Shown here: positions 9,491-22,084 of the stretch, piece by piece | How the letters are laid out: every line of letters begins with the position of its first letter | Numbering within the stretch: position 1 is the first letter of the stretch | From: Schmidtea polychroa | Taxonomy: Eukaryota | Direction: 5' to 3' | Length of the DNA: 64,000 nt | Assembly (NCBI GenBank): GCA_044892525.1 | Contig: CM097886.1 | Coordinates: 128,588,001-128,652,000, forward strand | Program-made: the position numbers and the translations under genes | Notes under the pieces: generated by a model | Databases searched by the model: none | What the model saw: only the letters and a program-made list of their open reading frames with translations | What the model was told of the DNA's origin: nothing

Positions 9491-9991
9491 TTCTACAAAA
9501 TAATAATCAAGCCCCTCTATACTGATTGAGATACGACGTCAACCACAAGATTTTGTTGACCCTTTTTCCCTTTAAAAAAAAAATATTTTATTTTAAGACT
9601 ACCATCTATAAGTTTAGGAGCAGTGGAATAAGATTTCCTACTTTATCAAAACAAACACACAAAAAAATTTTCGTCAAAATTCGTTTGTTTAAATTAATCA
9701 TTTCCATTCAAAATTTTGTTTACCACTGAGTAGTAATTTTAATTACTATTTATAAATTTTAATTTACATATTAATAAAATGTGAATTTTTTCCTTTTTGA
9801 TCGTCATTCTTAGGCCACTAAATTCGGGCACGCTGGGGCGACAGGTACTAGCAACGAACTAAGCTCTTCGTCTGCTTACCTTTCCTTCGGTTGTGCTCGT
9901 TATGAGTGGTTTGCTCTGCATACAAGTAATTTATTTAATTTGCTAATTTCTAAATTTCCAGGTGATCGATATCGGATTGGGATATCGATTT

Positions 9992-10360
9992 TTTGTAGTT
10001 AACCGTAATAATACCAATAATAATAACAATGAAATAACGATACTAATAATAATAATAATAATGATAATAATAATATTAATAATAGCAATGATAGTAATAA
10101 TAATAAGAATAATAATAAATTTTAATAATGGTAATAATAATAATACTAATAATAGTAATAACAAGAATAATAATAAATTTTTATAATGGTACTGATAATG
10201 ATGATAATAATAATAATGCTAATTATGATATTCATAATAATGATAATAATAATATAATAATAATAAGAATAACAATACTAATAGTAATGACAATGTTGAT
10301 ACTGCTAATAGTAATAACAAGGGAAATGATCAGGATTATGATAACTATAATTTTATAATC
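9992..10360. repeat. Degenerate (AAT)n microsatellite inside the LTR
   Basis: Long interrupted AAT/GAT run; it accounts for the poly-N/poly-I spurious ORFs. Confidence 0.9.
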
Positions 10361-12570
10361 CCATGTTTTAGAATTATAAATTCATGTTTTATAATTTATA
10401 CTTTGATAATTTTCGATTTATAATTTAAAATTTTTCCATTTAGGGATTTACAATCTTGTAATTTATAATTAATTTCATATTTTGAAATTTATACATTCAT
10501 ATTTTATAAGTTATAATTGCTTAACTTATAATTTATAAGTTTATAATCTAAAATTTATACTTTTGTAATTCGTATTTTCATACTTTATAATTTGAAATTT
10601 TTAGTCGACGGAATATACTTCTTACAACTTCCTTCTATGATCAACATTGTTTTCCGCAGTACTTACAGATTTCCTGGTCCTATTTGTGGATTAAACTTCA
10701 GGGTTCTAGCGCGTCTATCGCCTATCTGTAACCAATCCTAAGTTGATTTTTATACGAAAATTGTTTACTACTATCTCTGATCAGACTTTCTCCATTAACA
10801 ATTTACATTTTCAGGATCGACGTGGTTTGTACCTAGCTATCGTAATTATTTATAACTTATAGTTTTATAGTTAACAACAAGAACATTACAACTAAGAGCC
10901 TACACATTTACAAACATTTTAAAGTGGGAGCTAGATTTAAAATGTCTATCTTTACTCGGAATCAACATATCTAGATCAAGTTATACCTGTACGTATGCCG
11001 AATATCTCTCTTTTTTCTATTACTTTATCAAAGATCCTTACTACAAAACCTAGTTCGGCATATGTCTAAGTATAATTGAAATTACCATTATGAATCAACT
11101 AGCTACATTAATGTGAGTGTAGAATTGTGTAATTTTAGGTACGAGCTCTACTCAAATTAGAACCTTAGTGTAGAGTTATTGTTCAGGATTTTAAGTGTTG
11201 AGTTTAATTGTATATTACGCAATGAGTCGGGAAGAATATTGCTTTCATGGCCTCACTGTGACCACGTCCACAAACCTTAGTGTTGTGTGCTAAGTCAACC
11301 ATTTACGGCTGACCTTAAATAAATACGAAGAGTCAGGCGGAGGGTTTCCTCGACCTAACTCCATGGCAGGACCATGAAGTAGTTCGACCTCCGGCTGACC
11401 CGAACAAAAGGAAATCATATAATAAATATCACTATAATAACGATAATGCGTGTCTGCATGTCTTGTTAATAACGATTTTAATAAATTGGATGCAGGACTG
11501 AACAACGACGCAGGAATACCAGTACGCCGTTGATCACTCATACATCGCAAAAAAAAATTTTAAGCAAAAATAAATTTAAAATACCATCTATATAATTAAA
11601 CAATTAATATACAAATAAAGATCAATGCTTACTATCGATTTTGGAAATTTTGTCACAAAAATTTGGCATAAAAGTGATTGATTGTGACTGAAACGTGTCA
11701 GTATATATACCTATTTAGTACACGTGTATGTATTGATGCATTAAAACAAACTCGAATTCTTTTTATTCCAGAATTTTCTATTTAGCGATTTTGCTATTTT
11801 TAATGACAATTTTTGTGCCATAATTTTTGTTTTTATTTTTATATTTTTATTTTTTAATTATTTTTCGTTAATTTGCCGTCCATGATGGATTTGGAACGGT
11901 TCCAGAACATTCTATTTTATTTTTAATTTAATTTTTATTTTAACTGATGTTTTGTGAATTTCTTTTAAAGATTTATTATTTTTAATACTAATTTATTTAT
12001 TTTCCTTAACTTTTGTTGTTCTAGATAACTTTTGTGATGGTCATCGCCATTTTTATAGAATGTTCTGGGTTTTTCTGGAATGTTTTACTGTTTTTATCGT
12101 CTTTTAAGTTATTCGAGTCTGTTTTTTGTAACCCTGTGTTTATTTGGTTATTTTTGAGTTAGATTTTTGCATCACTTCTTGCTTTTGTATAATTTTGTTT
12201 AATTTCTTTGTTTATGTTTTTGTTGCTTTCTCCTTTAGTTAATATTGTTTATTTGGTGTAGGTTTTAATATTTAACTATACTTGGTGCTTTTTTACTTGC
12301 TGTGTACCTACGCGTTTCAGTCACAATTAGTATTTTGGGTCTAGAAATCAGTTCTAGCCCAACATAAATTAAAAATGAAAATTATATGGAGAAATTTTGA
12401 AATTGAGTTTTAACAAGAAAGGCTGGTGAAAAACTGGGCCGCATGAGCCTGCTATGCGGTGGCTTGTAATTTCTAGTTTTGCCACTCACAAGAAACCTTT
12501 CCTGCTTGGTTCCCATCCCAATTGCTGATTCCCATAGAATTGAAATCTTCTAAATGTTAAGATTATTTAA

Positions 12571-12787
12571 CACTAGATTTACGGGTAATATTCGCTGTAA
12601 AAATAGGTATGCCTAATTCGATATGCGAAATGAGGGAAGCGGTAGAGGAGAGTAATTAATATTTACCTATATTTCATGACATATCTAAAAACCAACATAT
12701 GCATTCAAAAAATAATAAATCAGTATTATATATATGTAGCAATAGAATTTTAAATGAGTCAGATTGGCTCAGTCCGTAAATCTAGTG
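12571..12787. mobile_element. piggyBac-type MITE
   Basis: 14 bp TIR CACTAGATTTACGG at both ends, flanked by TTAA. Confidence 0.85.
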
Positions 12788-12799
12788 TTAAATAAATAA

Positions 12800-13556
12800 A
12801 TACCTCACCTTGCGTTGCTTCCGTTTGCGTAGCATTTTTGCAGAACGAATTATGGATTCAAAGTTAGGTAATAGAGTATGTCCGAATTTTGTTAGGCTAT
12901 TGTATAAGAAGATCTTGAAGTTTTTATTGACTGATATGGATGCAGAACTCTTTGAAAATCTCTCAGTTCATGGAGTGTATAATTTTGGTAAACTAAATAG
13001 AGACAAAAGATATATGTAGAAAAACATAGTGAAGTTGAATGTAAAACTCCTTATGAACCAGTACCAAGCGTTTCGTATAAAGAAGCGTTTTTGATTTTGT
13101 GGTGAGCAAATATTGTGCGAATAATTCTTCAAAACCTCTACATTCAGAACTGACCCTTTGTTGAATGTTGAAAATAAATTTTTCAATTGTCTTTTTATTT
13201 CCCATTTCGTAACAACTCGTTCTTTTTCAAAGTAGTGCAAGCATCATCCAATAAATGGTTAATGTTTATACTTTAACTGCCAATGCTTACGCATTTTTGG
13301 ATTTTCCATTTCGTATCAGTTGAAATATTGTCACTATATTCACTATAACTTTGACGTCTATTTTGTTGTAGATATCTTTTCACTTATTGATAGAAACTAC
13401 TTGCTGTGATTTCTCTCTTTGGTCTTTTTATTAAGAGTTTACTCTTGATGTTGTAAATAATCTCTTTTTCCTACGATTTCTCTCAACTGGTTTTGTGTTT
13501 TTCATTTTTGTCAATTATGTCTGGGTTCTTTAATTTGCCTTTTCATCATTATTGTT
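12800..13556 (-). pseudogene. Possible decayed Helitron Rep N-terminal region
   Basis: A K/R-rich stretch is followed by frameshifted SIGS..., LHYFEKE and NGK segments resembling the Helitron IGxM..C..C.ALHFxxE...CCxNGK zinc motif. Heavily degraded. Confidence 0.35.
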
Positions 13557-13755
13557 GCCGCTTAGGTCCATGGGAAAATGAAATGTAATATCTTTGTAAA
13601 TATTATAATCTGATAGAGCTCGACCATTTTCTGACTATTTGACAAGAGAAATTAGACATTGTTGATTTGAGGGATCCGATTTTATTTTTTACATTTTCAA
13701 TTACTACTTCCAGTGTTATTGTTTTCTTTGTTAGTATTTTGATAAATATTGGCAA
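13557..13755 (-). pseudogene. Degenerate ubiquitin
   Basis: IFIKILTKKTITLEVVIENVKNKI, then after a frameshift QQCLISLVK*SENGRALSDYNIYKDITFH..LSG. This is collinear with ubiquitin (IFVKTLTGKTITLEV...[30 protein letters not shown]), with two small deletions and a stop. Confidence 0.85.
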
Positions 13756-14617
13756 ATCTCTTTTTCCATTTGTACTATTTTTCGTAAGTGCCTTCAGAAA
13801 ATCCCTTAAAACAACCATTATTACCAATAATATCACATCTATCACAGGAATTTGCTTTTTGTTTATTATTTTTCTTTATTTACATGTATTTTATTGTAAG
13901 TTACCACAGCTGGAATTTTTACTCAAATTGATTGGTTTGTCTGTGAAATAGGATTTTAACAATTATCGATCTGACTCCAAGTGTGTTTAATAACAACAGT
14001 AATCAACTATAATCAGAAGAGGGACAATCCAAATTTGAACCCTAGACAGGGAAAGAAATTTACGCCCTTTCAAAGAAAACTGTATATATTAATAAATCAA
14101 TCAGATTTTTACAGGAAATAATAAATCCATGATTTTTTAATAATATTTTTATTGAAAATAACAACAAATATATTACAAATTAATTTTCCTTATTAAAAAT
14201 TATAATAAATCATAAAATATCTAATTTGAAAATTTCAGAAAAATTTATTAAAAAAATAATTGTTTCTGCGCTTTTTGAGATACATTGCGCCCTAGACAGG
14301 AGGAGCCCTCGTACTGCGCTGACTACAATAATGCATTAAAATTTATTATTTGAATTTAAACAAACAATTATATAAAATAAAAATGACATAATAATGGCAT
14401 CAATTTTAATCGTTTTTGGTGAATTTATCTTGTTTTTTTTCTTCTATTTTTCTTGGGTGCCTAGTATAATTGAGATGGGGGTAAAGAAATCAACAGCCGT
14501 TGGGCTACAATATAAATATTAATAATTATTATTGGAAATCGGTTATAATTAAAATTGGATCTATTCGCAATCTAAATATCAAATCTGATAAAAATGATAA
14601 ATTAAAAAGAAAAATAT

Positions 14618-14932
14618 ATGAAAAATCATTTTTGGATATTTTCTATTAGTTTCTTCTTTTCATTATTGGAATTAATTCAGACCGTCACTTATCAGGAGGC
14701 TGCCAACTCTCCGAATCCGACGGCATTTATTCGGTATGATCGTGCTTTATGGAGACGAGGTTTCCAAGCTTTGATTGCTTGTATTCTTGTTATAGGAATG
14801 CTCGTCCTGTTTATCTTGGTAGTTCAGATATATATGAAAGTTTACGGACGCAAATATAAACGTAGGAGCAGCTCGCGGATTATTGAAACGAAAATGAAGG
14901 AACAAATCACTGAAATGGTAGTGAAAACCTAA
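14618..14932 (+). CDS. Small putative type I membrane protein, 104 aa
   Basis: ATG start, hydrophobic N-terminus, short ectodomain, TM segment ALIACILVIGMLVLFILVVQIYM and basic stop-transfer GRKYKRR. No family recognised. Confidence 0.55.
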   Translation: MKNHFWIFSISFFFSLLELIQTVTYQEAANSPNPTAFIRYDRALWRRGFQALIACILVIGMLVLFILVVQIYMKVYGRKYKRRSSSRIIETKMKEQITEMVVKT

Positions 14933-17900
14933 ACAGCACAAGCTGTTTAAATTATAAAATTCAAAAAATTTATGTTAGAATAAACAGTAAGAGAATCTTT
15001 TTTGAATTTTAAATGTTATTAAGTCATTGTCTGCTGAAATGTTTGAGACTTTGTCTCCGTCTTGTATCCGTAAACCTAGCGGAGGAATAAATGATATAGC
15101 AATGGAAATGGTGTCTATCCCTAGTAGTAAAGGCATTTATTTAAAGTTTATTATTTTATTGAAAAAAACTTGCTATTTATAATTAATTATTATTTCTGTG
15201 CGGGTATTCAGTTATCATTTTTATATTGTATTATTTATAGCTTTATTTACCCATACCATTGAGTGTCAAGGCGGCAGTGCAGTTGCAGGGCACGACATTA
15301 AAATAAGTTTGAAGTAATAATTTAAATTTTCTAACAGAGAGGAAATTATATTTCTCAAATAAAGAGATTCTTGTTGTCACAAATCAACTATTTTTAAAGT
15401 TTTGATAAGAGTTGATAATCGTTGTAAAAATGAAGATCGAAAGTTTGGACTGTTCACAATTGCAAATGGAAAACATCGAAGCTCATTAAATAAAGATGTA
15501 AAATAAGATATTAAGCCAAAAAGCAAATAATGATTCTTAATCACAATTCACCAAGGGGTACTAATTTATGTACGTTAAGTCACAAATTAATTTATACAAA
15601 ATAATATAAGGACAATTTTTATGGGTGACGGCATAAATCAAGGACATTTACTACATACCAAAAGACCTAAATGACAAAAATAATAACCCAAATAATACAT
15701 TACGTGTCATTTGATAAAAGCTGAATAAAATTGTTTAAAAACTAACCAATAATAAATGTGTCCGCACGTGTTAATACAATACACATGACAACAAATAAGG
15801 GCCTTCAAATTAGAAAGTTTTAAAAATATAATGCGATTAAAAAGTTAACTCATACACACAAACCCGGTGCACAAAATTTCGATAATAAAAAATACAGCTG
15901 GTCAATAAGCCAGGGCCTAATTTTAAATGGTAAAAACGTCTTCGTGAATATATTTGATGTTTCCACATTATCAGTTATCCCATGCAACAAATATGTAAGT
16001 TTTTAATTAATTTGTTTTTTTGTTAAAAATTGTACCAAAAAATCATGGCTTCTATGAAAAAATAATACATAAATTCAAAGAATTAAAAACATATATAGAA
16101 ATCATCAAAATGTTGAATAAGAATAAATATTCAAAAATTCAAAACAATATTTTTAAAAATTTATTTTTAATCAAAAACAAAAATTAATTACTAATTAATT
16201 TAAAAATGACTATTAAAATACATTATTACATTAAAAATTAGGTTATAATAAATTATATAAATATAACCTATTCGTTAACGTAATTGACAACCTTTATTAA
16301 ATTTTATCTAGACCTAGGAAGGGTCGGATTTACATTTTTAGGGTACTAGGCAGAGGCAGATTTAGGGTCTTTATTTGCAATTTTTACTTTCTCCTCTTGG
16401 TGAAAAAGTCATGTAATCGAGCAAAAGTTTAATATTTTAAATTTGGAGAATTGTTTCTGCATTTGGAAAAGCATTTTCCACATTTTTTTCGACAATTTTT
16501 TACGTAAATCCAGCACTGGGCTCAACATTGCCAAATTTCCAAAATCACAGATCGGGACATACCGTATTTCGAACGATTAAAAAAAGGAATTAAATTTGTT
16601 TCTTTCCATTCTCCAGGCTGCACTCATTAGACTAAATATTCTTACGTAAATCGCATTGGAATGTTGAATTGAGAGTATGGAGAGATCACAGTTTCATACA
16701 AGCGAGTGATCTTTAAAAAGTATTATCCATTTCTCATCTATTATTTTTTGTTTGTTTCAGTCTTATTAAAAAATTATTTAATTAGCAGAATAGAATATCA
16801 ATATCGCAAGTAATATTAAATCATTTTGCTAAGTCAAAATGTTCAGAAGCAATGAGCGATTCAGGGTTTGTCTGTGGAACTCGGGACAGTCCCGCTCAAA
16901 TAGAGACGCCTGGAAACTCTGTGTAGACTCTTACTGTGCTTTGATTTAGAAAAGGAGAAAAATAAATCTGGTGAGAAAAAAATTCCTTTAAATAGTTGCA
17001 GTCGATAGCACCAAAATAAATTTTTTTACTAAAAAATTCTTCTTTGTTTAGACCAAAAAAATTTTTAACTATGAATTTTCCCAAATTCTTCGATCAAGGA
17101 AGAGACTGAATTTTATTTATAAATAACTGTAAAATTTTTTTTATTTACGAATAAATAATAAACTTACTTATAAAAATTCATCAAACTTTGTACTTAAAAT
17201 GCCTATAAAATAACTTATTTATATCATAATTTTTATTAAAAAGACAAAAATTATTTTCAAAAAAATTTTTACAAATAAACATAATTTTAATACAATAACA
17301 AATAAGGAAACCATAAATAATTCCAGGAACGTAGTATGTGTGTCAACACTACGTACACTACAAAAATGTTATCGACTGGAACAAGGTGTATACCAAAGCG
17401 CATAAATTATGTCCAATAAAAACAAATATTATGAGTGTTAAGTTAAAAAAATATATTTTTCATTAAATTTATATTTTAAAATTTTTTTAGTGATATTTTA
17501 AAAAATAATTTTATTGTAGTAATTTTCTTCTTGTTCCGCGACTTTGATCAATATTTGTTATTAATTTCTGAGTTTTAATTCCATAATTTATTTCGATACT
17601 TTTCTTAGACATTTTCCATAATTTCATGTAAATTATCATTTGCTAGATTCCTTAAAATGTTTTAAATTGGAATTATTATGTATGTAATTTGTATTTTATT
17701 TTTCTTATTTTTTATAATTTTTCTCAGGACCCCATTTTCTGTAAACGCGTTACTGATCTGTAGGGTGAACAAAATACTGAAACAATTTTGAAATCACGAA
17801 ATTCACCTGTTAGGAATATTCTTGAACTGACAAAAATAAATGCAATTTCAATTCATAGAATAACAAACATGTAAAAGAAATTATTTCTATAAATAATTCT

Positions 17901-17995
17901 TTGGTATAATAATAAAATAATAAAATATTTAAAAAAATTAATTTCAAAAAATATAATAAAAAAAATAAAATGGAAAATAATAAAAAAAGACTCAA

Positions 17996-19272
17996 AAAAT
18001 GAAAGGAAGGAAGGAAGAAGCATTATCAAGTTTCAAAAGAGTTTGAACAGGCGCAATGTTGACCAATCAAATTTTATCCTACAAACATCAAACATGAGAA
18101 TTATCTTATTGTAAAGCAAAAATTAATAATAAAAATTTTAAATTATTTAAATAATTAATTTAATTTAAACAATTATAATAATAATCGACTAAATTAATGT
18201 GTCCAGTTTTAACTGGAAATGAAAAATAAAATTGGTAAAATAATTATTATTATAAATATTTTATTAATCTGGGATCCAAATCATTATTATAAATATGTTT
18301 AAGGTTGACAGACTCGTGTAAATTATGATCTGATAAGCTTAGTGGGATCGCAATCCACCGCAAACGGTCATCTTTATTTGGAGTTAAATTTAAATGTTTT
18401 CTCATAGCAATAACTTCTGGATCCTCATTAAGGTTCTTGGTGCTTTCATCGTTAGATGTGTCCATCAAATTGATTCTAGGAGTTTCAATAACCAACGATT
18501 GACTGACAAAATAGCCAGGATTTTTATCATTGACATTAGATCTTGCATTTCTATATAATTCATTGACCATTTTATACCATCCGTTACTCGCACTAATCTC
18601 TCGGATTTGTTCTTCACTGTGTCCCGATTTCCTCATTTTCTGTTGAATTAGTTCATTACTATCCTTATCGGAAGGGTGTAAATCTTCATACAATTCTTCA
18701 ATGTAAAAATAATTTGGAATTCGTTTGGGAGTTTTAGTGTTTTTTAATTTCAAATGGGAACTTACCGCAATTGGAACTTTTTCTTTGAATTTTCTGGCTT
18801 TTATTACTAAATTTTTAATTTTAGGTTTTATACAATTGTTATTCGAATTATCTGATAATTTCTTTGATCTTTGCAGTGAAATGATTTTAGTACTGGCCTC
18901 ATTCATGAAATGTTCTGGAGCCTTATCTTTTACATTTTCATTCCAACTTTTATTACTACTACTTGTGGATATTATTTCAGGTGTTTTATTGAAATTATTT
19001 ATATTTAATATTTTAATCGGTTGACCAGGTCTCGGTTTGGCTGCATAAACTTGTTGAAAATTATGTTTTTTAATCAAGGGGAGACCAAATGCGGGTCTGT
19101 AACATGAATTTAGGGGATGAAAATTAATGTTAAAGCCCAATTGATTTTTGTTAATTAAAATAGTTTCAGTAAGCATTTTAATTTTTAAAATTTTCAAATA
19201 ATTGTACAAAATTGATGCAAAAAATTAATATATTAATTTTATTAAATTTTGATTGGTTTAAAAGAATTTTAA
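17996..19272 (-). repeat. Left arm of ~1.28 kb inverted duplication
   Basis: Reverse complement of 25122-26398; paired coordinates sum to 44394. Confidence 0.95.
18250..19209 (-). CDS. Orphan 319 aa basic protein, copy 1 (TTG at 19209; shared ATG at 19176)
   Basis: A long intact intronless ORF in very AT-rich DNA; differs from copy 2 by two residues plus the start codon. No domain recognised. Confidence 0.65.
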   Translation of the reverse strand: MYNYLKILKIKMLTETILINKNQLGFNINFHPLNSCYRPAFGLPLIKKHNFQQVYAAKPRPGQPIKILNINNFNKTPEIISTSSSNKSWNENVKDKAPEHFMNEASTKIISLQRSKKLSDNSNNNCIKPKIKNLVIKARKFKEKVPIAVSSHLKLKNTKTPKRIPNYFYIEELYEDLHPSDKDSNELIQQKMRKSGHSEEQIREISASNGWYKMVNELYRNARSNVNDKNPGYFVSQSLVIETPRINLMDTSNDESTKNLNEDPEVIAMRKHLNLTPNKDDRLRWIAIPLSLSDHNLHESVNLKHIYNNDLDPRLIKYL

Positions 19273-19849
19273 AATTTTTTCAATTAATATTTTTAAAATT
19301 TAAAATAAAAACTCTAGATAAAAGATTTATTTATTATCAATTTTAAAAATTTTGTTGTCATATAATTATAAATTATATTGCTGACTACCAAAGCTTTCCC
19401 TAACAATATTGGTTCCAATTTGATGCCCTCCTCTGCCAGTTTTCAGTTTCACTAATGTCATATTAATTTAAAAATAATTATTTTCTCATTGTTCGTCACT
19501 TTACCTTTACTTTATTGTTCTCATTATTTTTAAATTATTACATATTTTACAATTAAATAAATCTATCAATATAGATTTTAAAATTTTTTTTATAAATATT
19601 CAATAATAATGATTACATTTTATTTTTAAAAATTAATCAATTAATAAATTGATAATTTATAAAATCATATTTTCTCTAAAAATGGAATGCGATTGGGCGA
19701 ACCAATCAAGCTCGTATCGCGATGAATCTGAATTTCGAATATTTATTAAAATGTATATAATATATTAATACTCTGCTCTCTTCTTTTTTGAAAATATTAA
19801 AAGTGCTACATGTCTAACGCGGGAAACTTTCCGGGACAATTTTAAGAAG

Positions 19850-20400
19850 GGGGGTCAAACTTAGAAAGGATAAAAACGATTTAATTGAGAAGCCACCTTG
19901 AAGCGGAAAATGGTTTAATAAAGGCCATGGAGAAGTGTATACAAACTGAAGATCAACAATTATATACAGTTTTCGATCTATTGCGCCTTGATGACACAGA
20001 GATCCGGTGGAAAGATCTCAAATTTACAAAGAGGAAAGAACTACCTGATAGCAAAACAAGGATATGGGTTTGAGAAATATTCACACTGAAAAGCTCCATA
20101 CTGAGCAAGAATCAAGAACTGCGTTCAATAAAAAAATATTTTAATGAAATATTTTCAACGTTTGAGATTAGAGTACGCAAACTGATTATTGAAGTTTGAC
20201 CGAATTAAAGAATTACTGGCTACAAAATCAGATATGAAAATTGGAGAAACGAGAGCATGAACTAAGGCTATCGAAAATATGGATAGAGACGCAGAAGAAG
20301 TAAAAAATATCACAGAAAGAATTTGTGCAAATGTTGGTCAAACAAACTATAAAAGAAAAAAATCAGGACCGTTCTTACTTGATAACTGTATACAAATAAA
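19850..20400 (+). pseudogene. Degenerate retrotransposon gag fragment
   Basis: IKAMEKCIQTEDQQLYTVFDLLRLDDTEIRW resembles the gag segment of the element at 24k (SIEEFVTINSLNLGAAFDLLLHGDAKELW). Multiple stops. Confidence 0.45.
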
Positions 20401-21838
20401 TCAGTGTTATATTTGCTATGATTTTGGAATATTTATTTACGATTAATGCAGTACTGGCGGAAAGAGTTATATTCTACTTCTCTACCTCTATTTTTGCGTC
20501 TAGTGTCACGGAACCACTGGCTTTTACCTTAATTCGACCCTAGTCCCAGTTATATGTGAGTAGTACAGTAAAGTAGAAGTATTTGAATGCGTGTAGACTG
20601 GGAGAGACACGTCAGTCATGGATGACATGATGGAAAGTGTCGAGGAGGTATTAGATTTCTATAATTAATGTGAATATTCTTTTTTGTAATTTTTACTTTT
20701 TTAACATTATCACTTACTAAATGCTAACGGTTGTTTAAAATTTGTTTATAAGAAAATATTCTATATAAAATACCAAAATATTCTCCCTGCTCATTGAAAA
20801 ACCCTGTCTCGTATCCTTGATATATGGTAACTGAATTTGGGATAAAGTATTCTTCATATCATTGTACAAATGTATTACTGGATTCTGTATATGATACCCC
20901 AAATGCAAAAGAGAATTCTCAAAAGGTTTCCCATTTATTGAAGATTATTAGAATTATTTTTATTAGTAGCAATATTAGCGGACGGCGATGTTATCAGTGG
21001 CGATATCTCGCAATAATTAACAGCGAACTTTTACAAAGACGAAATTAGTTGCTTGTTAGCGACTACATTTGCAATTACAGACTGGCAGTTAACACTGGGC
21101 CAACTAATAGCTCGTTTATTTAATGGCATGATACATGAACCGGTCCCGTCAGATAATTGAACATTCGTGTTGGGAATGATTTGATAAATCACAGGCTCCA
21201 TTACATAATGGTTCACCTGTAACATGTAATCTGTTGACAAGTATTGAATCGCGAACATATCGCTGTTTGACATGAGTATCTTGTCTGGGTCTTCCAGGAT
21301 TTTGTTACTGCGAGGTCGCAGGTAGTGAATTCGGGGGGAAATATCATTCGGCTGTCATTACAATGAATCTCGATTATAATTATGTGAACATTTCACACAA
21401 AAATTGTGGCGCTAAATTAATATTTTGTTTGAATGAATCCAATTTAATTTTCAGACTACATTAAGGCAAAATTAAACGAAATGAATTTATTTTTAGTCTG
21501 GTAATACCACTACTGGTCTTGGTAATTGAACCTAGCCTAATGGTCTGTAGGAATCCATTAGAAATTCATTTTTAGAATCTCTCAAAAAATAATTTACCTT
21601 AGAAGGACAGTTGGAGCCACAATCCAAACCAAGATTTTATTAAAAAATTGAGAGTATAACGTGATTTTTTAAATATTTTTAACAAACTTACAAAAAGAAT
21701 TAAAATATTTTCTCATACTAGTAGAGAGACAATTTTTTAAATTTATTAATATATTAATAATATATATCTAATTAGCATATTATGTGAACAGGTAAATACA
21801 AGTTACAATATTTTAGCCAAAAAAATAATAAGAAAAGA

Positions 21839-21876
<38 letters not shown>

Positions 21877-21878
<2 letters not shown>

Positions 21879-22016
21879 GCCTTTTCCTGCGAATAATATA
21901 TTTAATACAAATGAAAAAATTTTCGACTATAGGATAGCCCTTGTCAATAATCCTACTATCTTATAGTCGAAAATTTTTTCATTTGTATTAAATATATTAT
22001 TCGCAGGAAAAGGCTT
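21877..22016. repeat. Foldback/MITE hairpin with perfect 55 bp arms
   Basis: 21877-21931 is the exact reverse complement of 21962-22016, with a 30 nt loop. A related copy lies at ~30190-30335. Confidence 0.9.
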
Positions 22017-22084
22017 AAATTATCATTTAATTGTTTTAATATTAATAATGCTAATACCAAGAAATCATCACTTTATACTAATAA

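Larger units (their letters stand above)
1..12363 (-). mobile_element. Giant Ty3/Gypsy-type LTR retrotransposon, 5' portion (LTR, PBS, RING ORF, leader, Gag-cargo polyprotein); continues beyond position 1
   Basis: On the minus strand the LTR starts TGTTGGGCTA at 12363 and ends ...ATACA at 8042. A tRNA-Pro PBS follows 4 nt later. All ORFs are co-oriented, and a Gag with three zinc knuckles starts about 4 kb downstream. RT and IN are not in the window, so the Gypsy assignment rests on Gag type, PBS and LTR termini. Confidence 0.88.
8042..12363 (-). repeat. 5' LTR, 4322 bp
   Basis: TG...CA termini, PBS adjacent to the 3' end, and the first 10 nt (TGTTGGGCTA) are shared with the solo LTR at 51708. 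The partner LTR is outside the window. Confidence 0.82.

Noticed and set aside
9822-9843. TGTCGCCCCAGCGTG (minus), resembling a tRNA-Lys PBS
   Set aside because: It lacks TGG, has no LTR-terminal CA beside it and matches poorly; the Pro PBS at 8020-8037 is much better.
9943-10358. Poly-Asn/poly-Ile ORFs
   Set aside because: Products of the AAT microsatellite.
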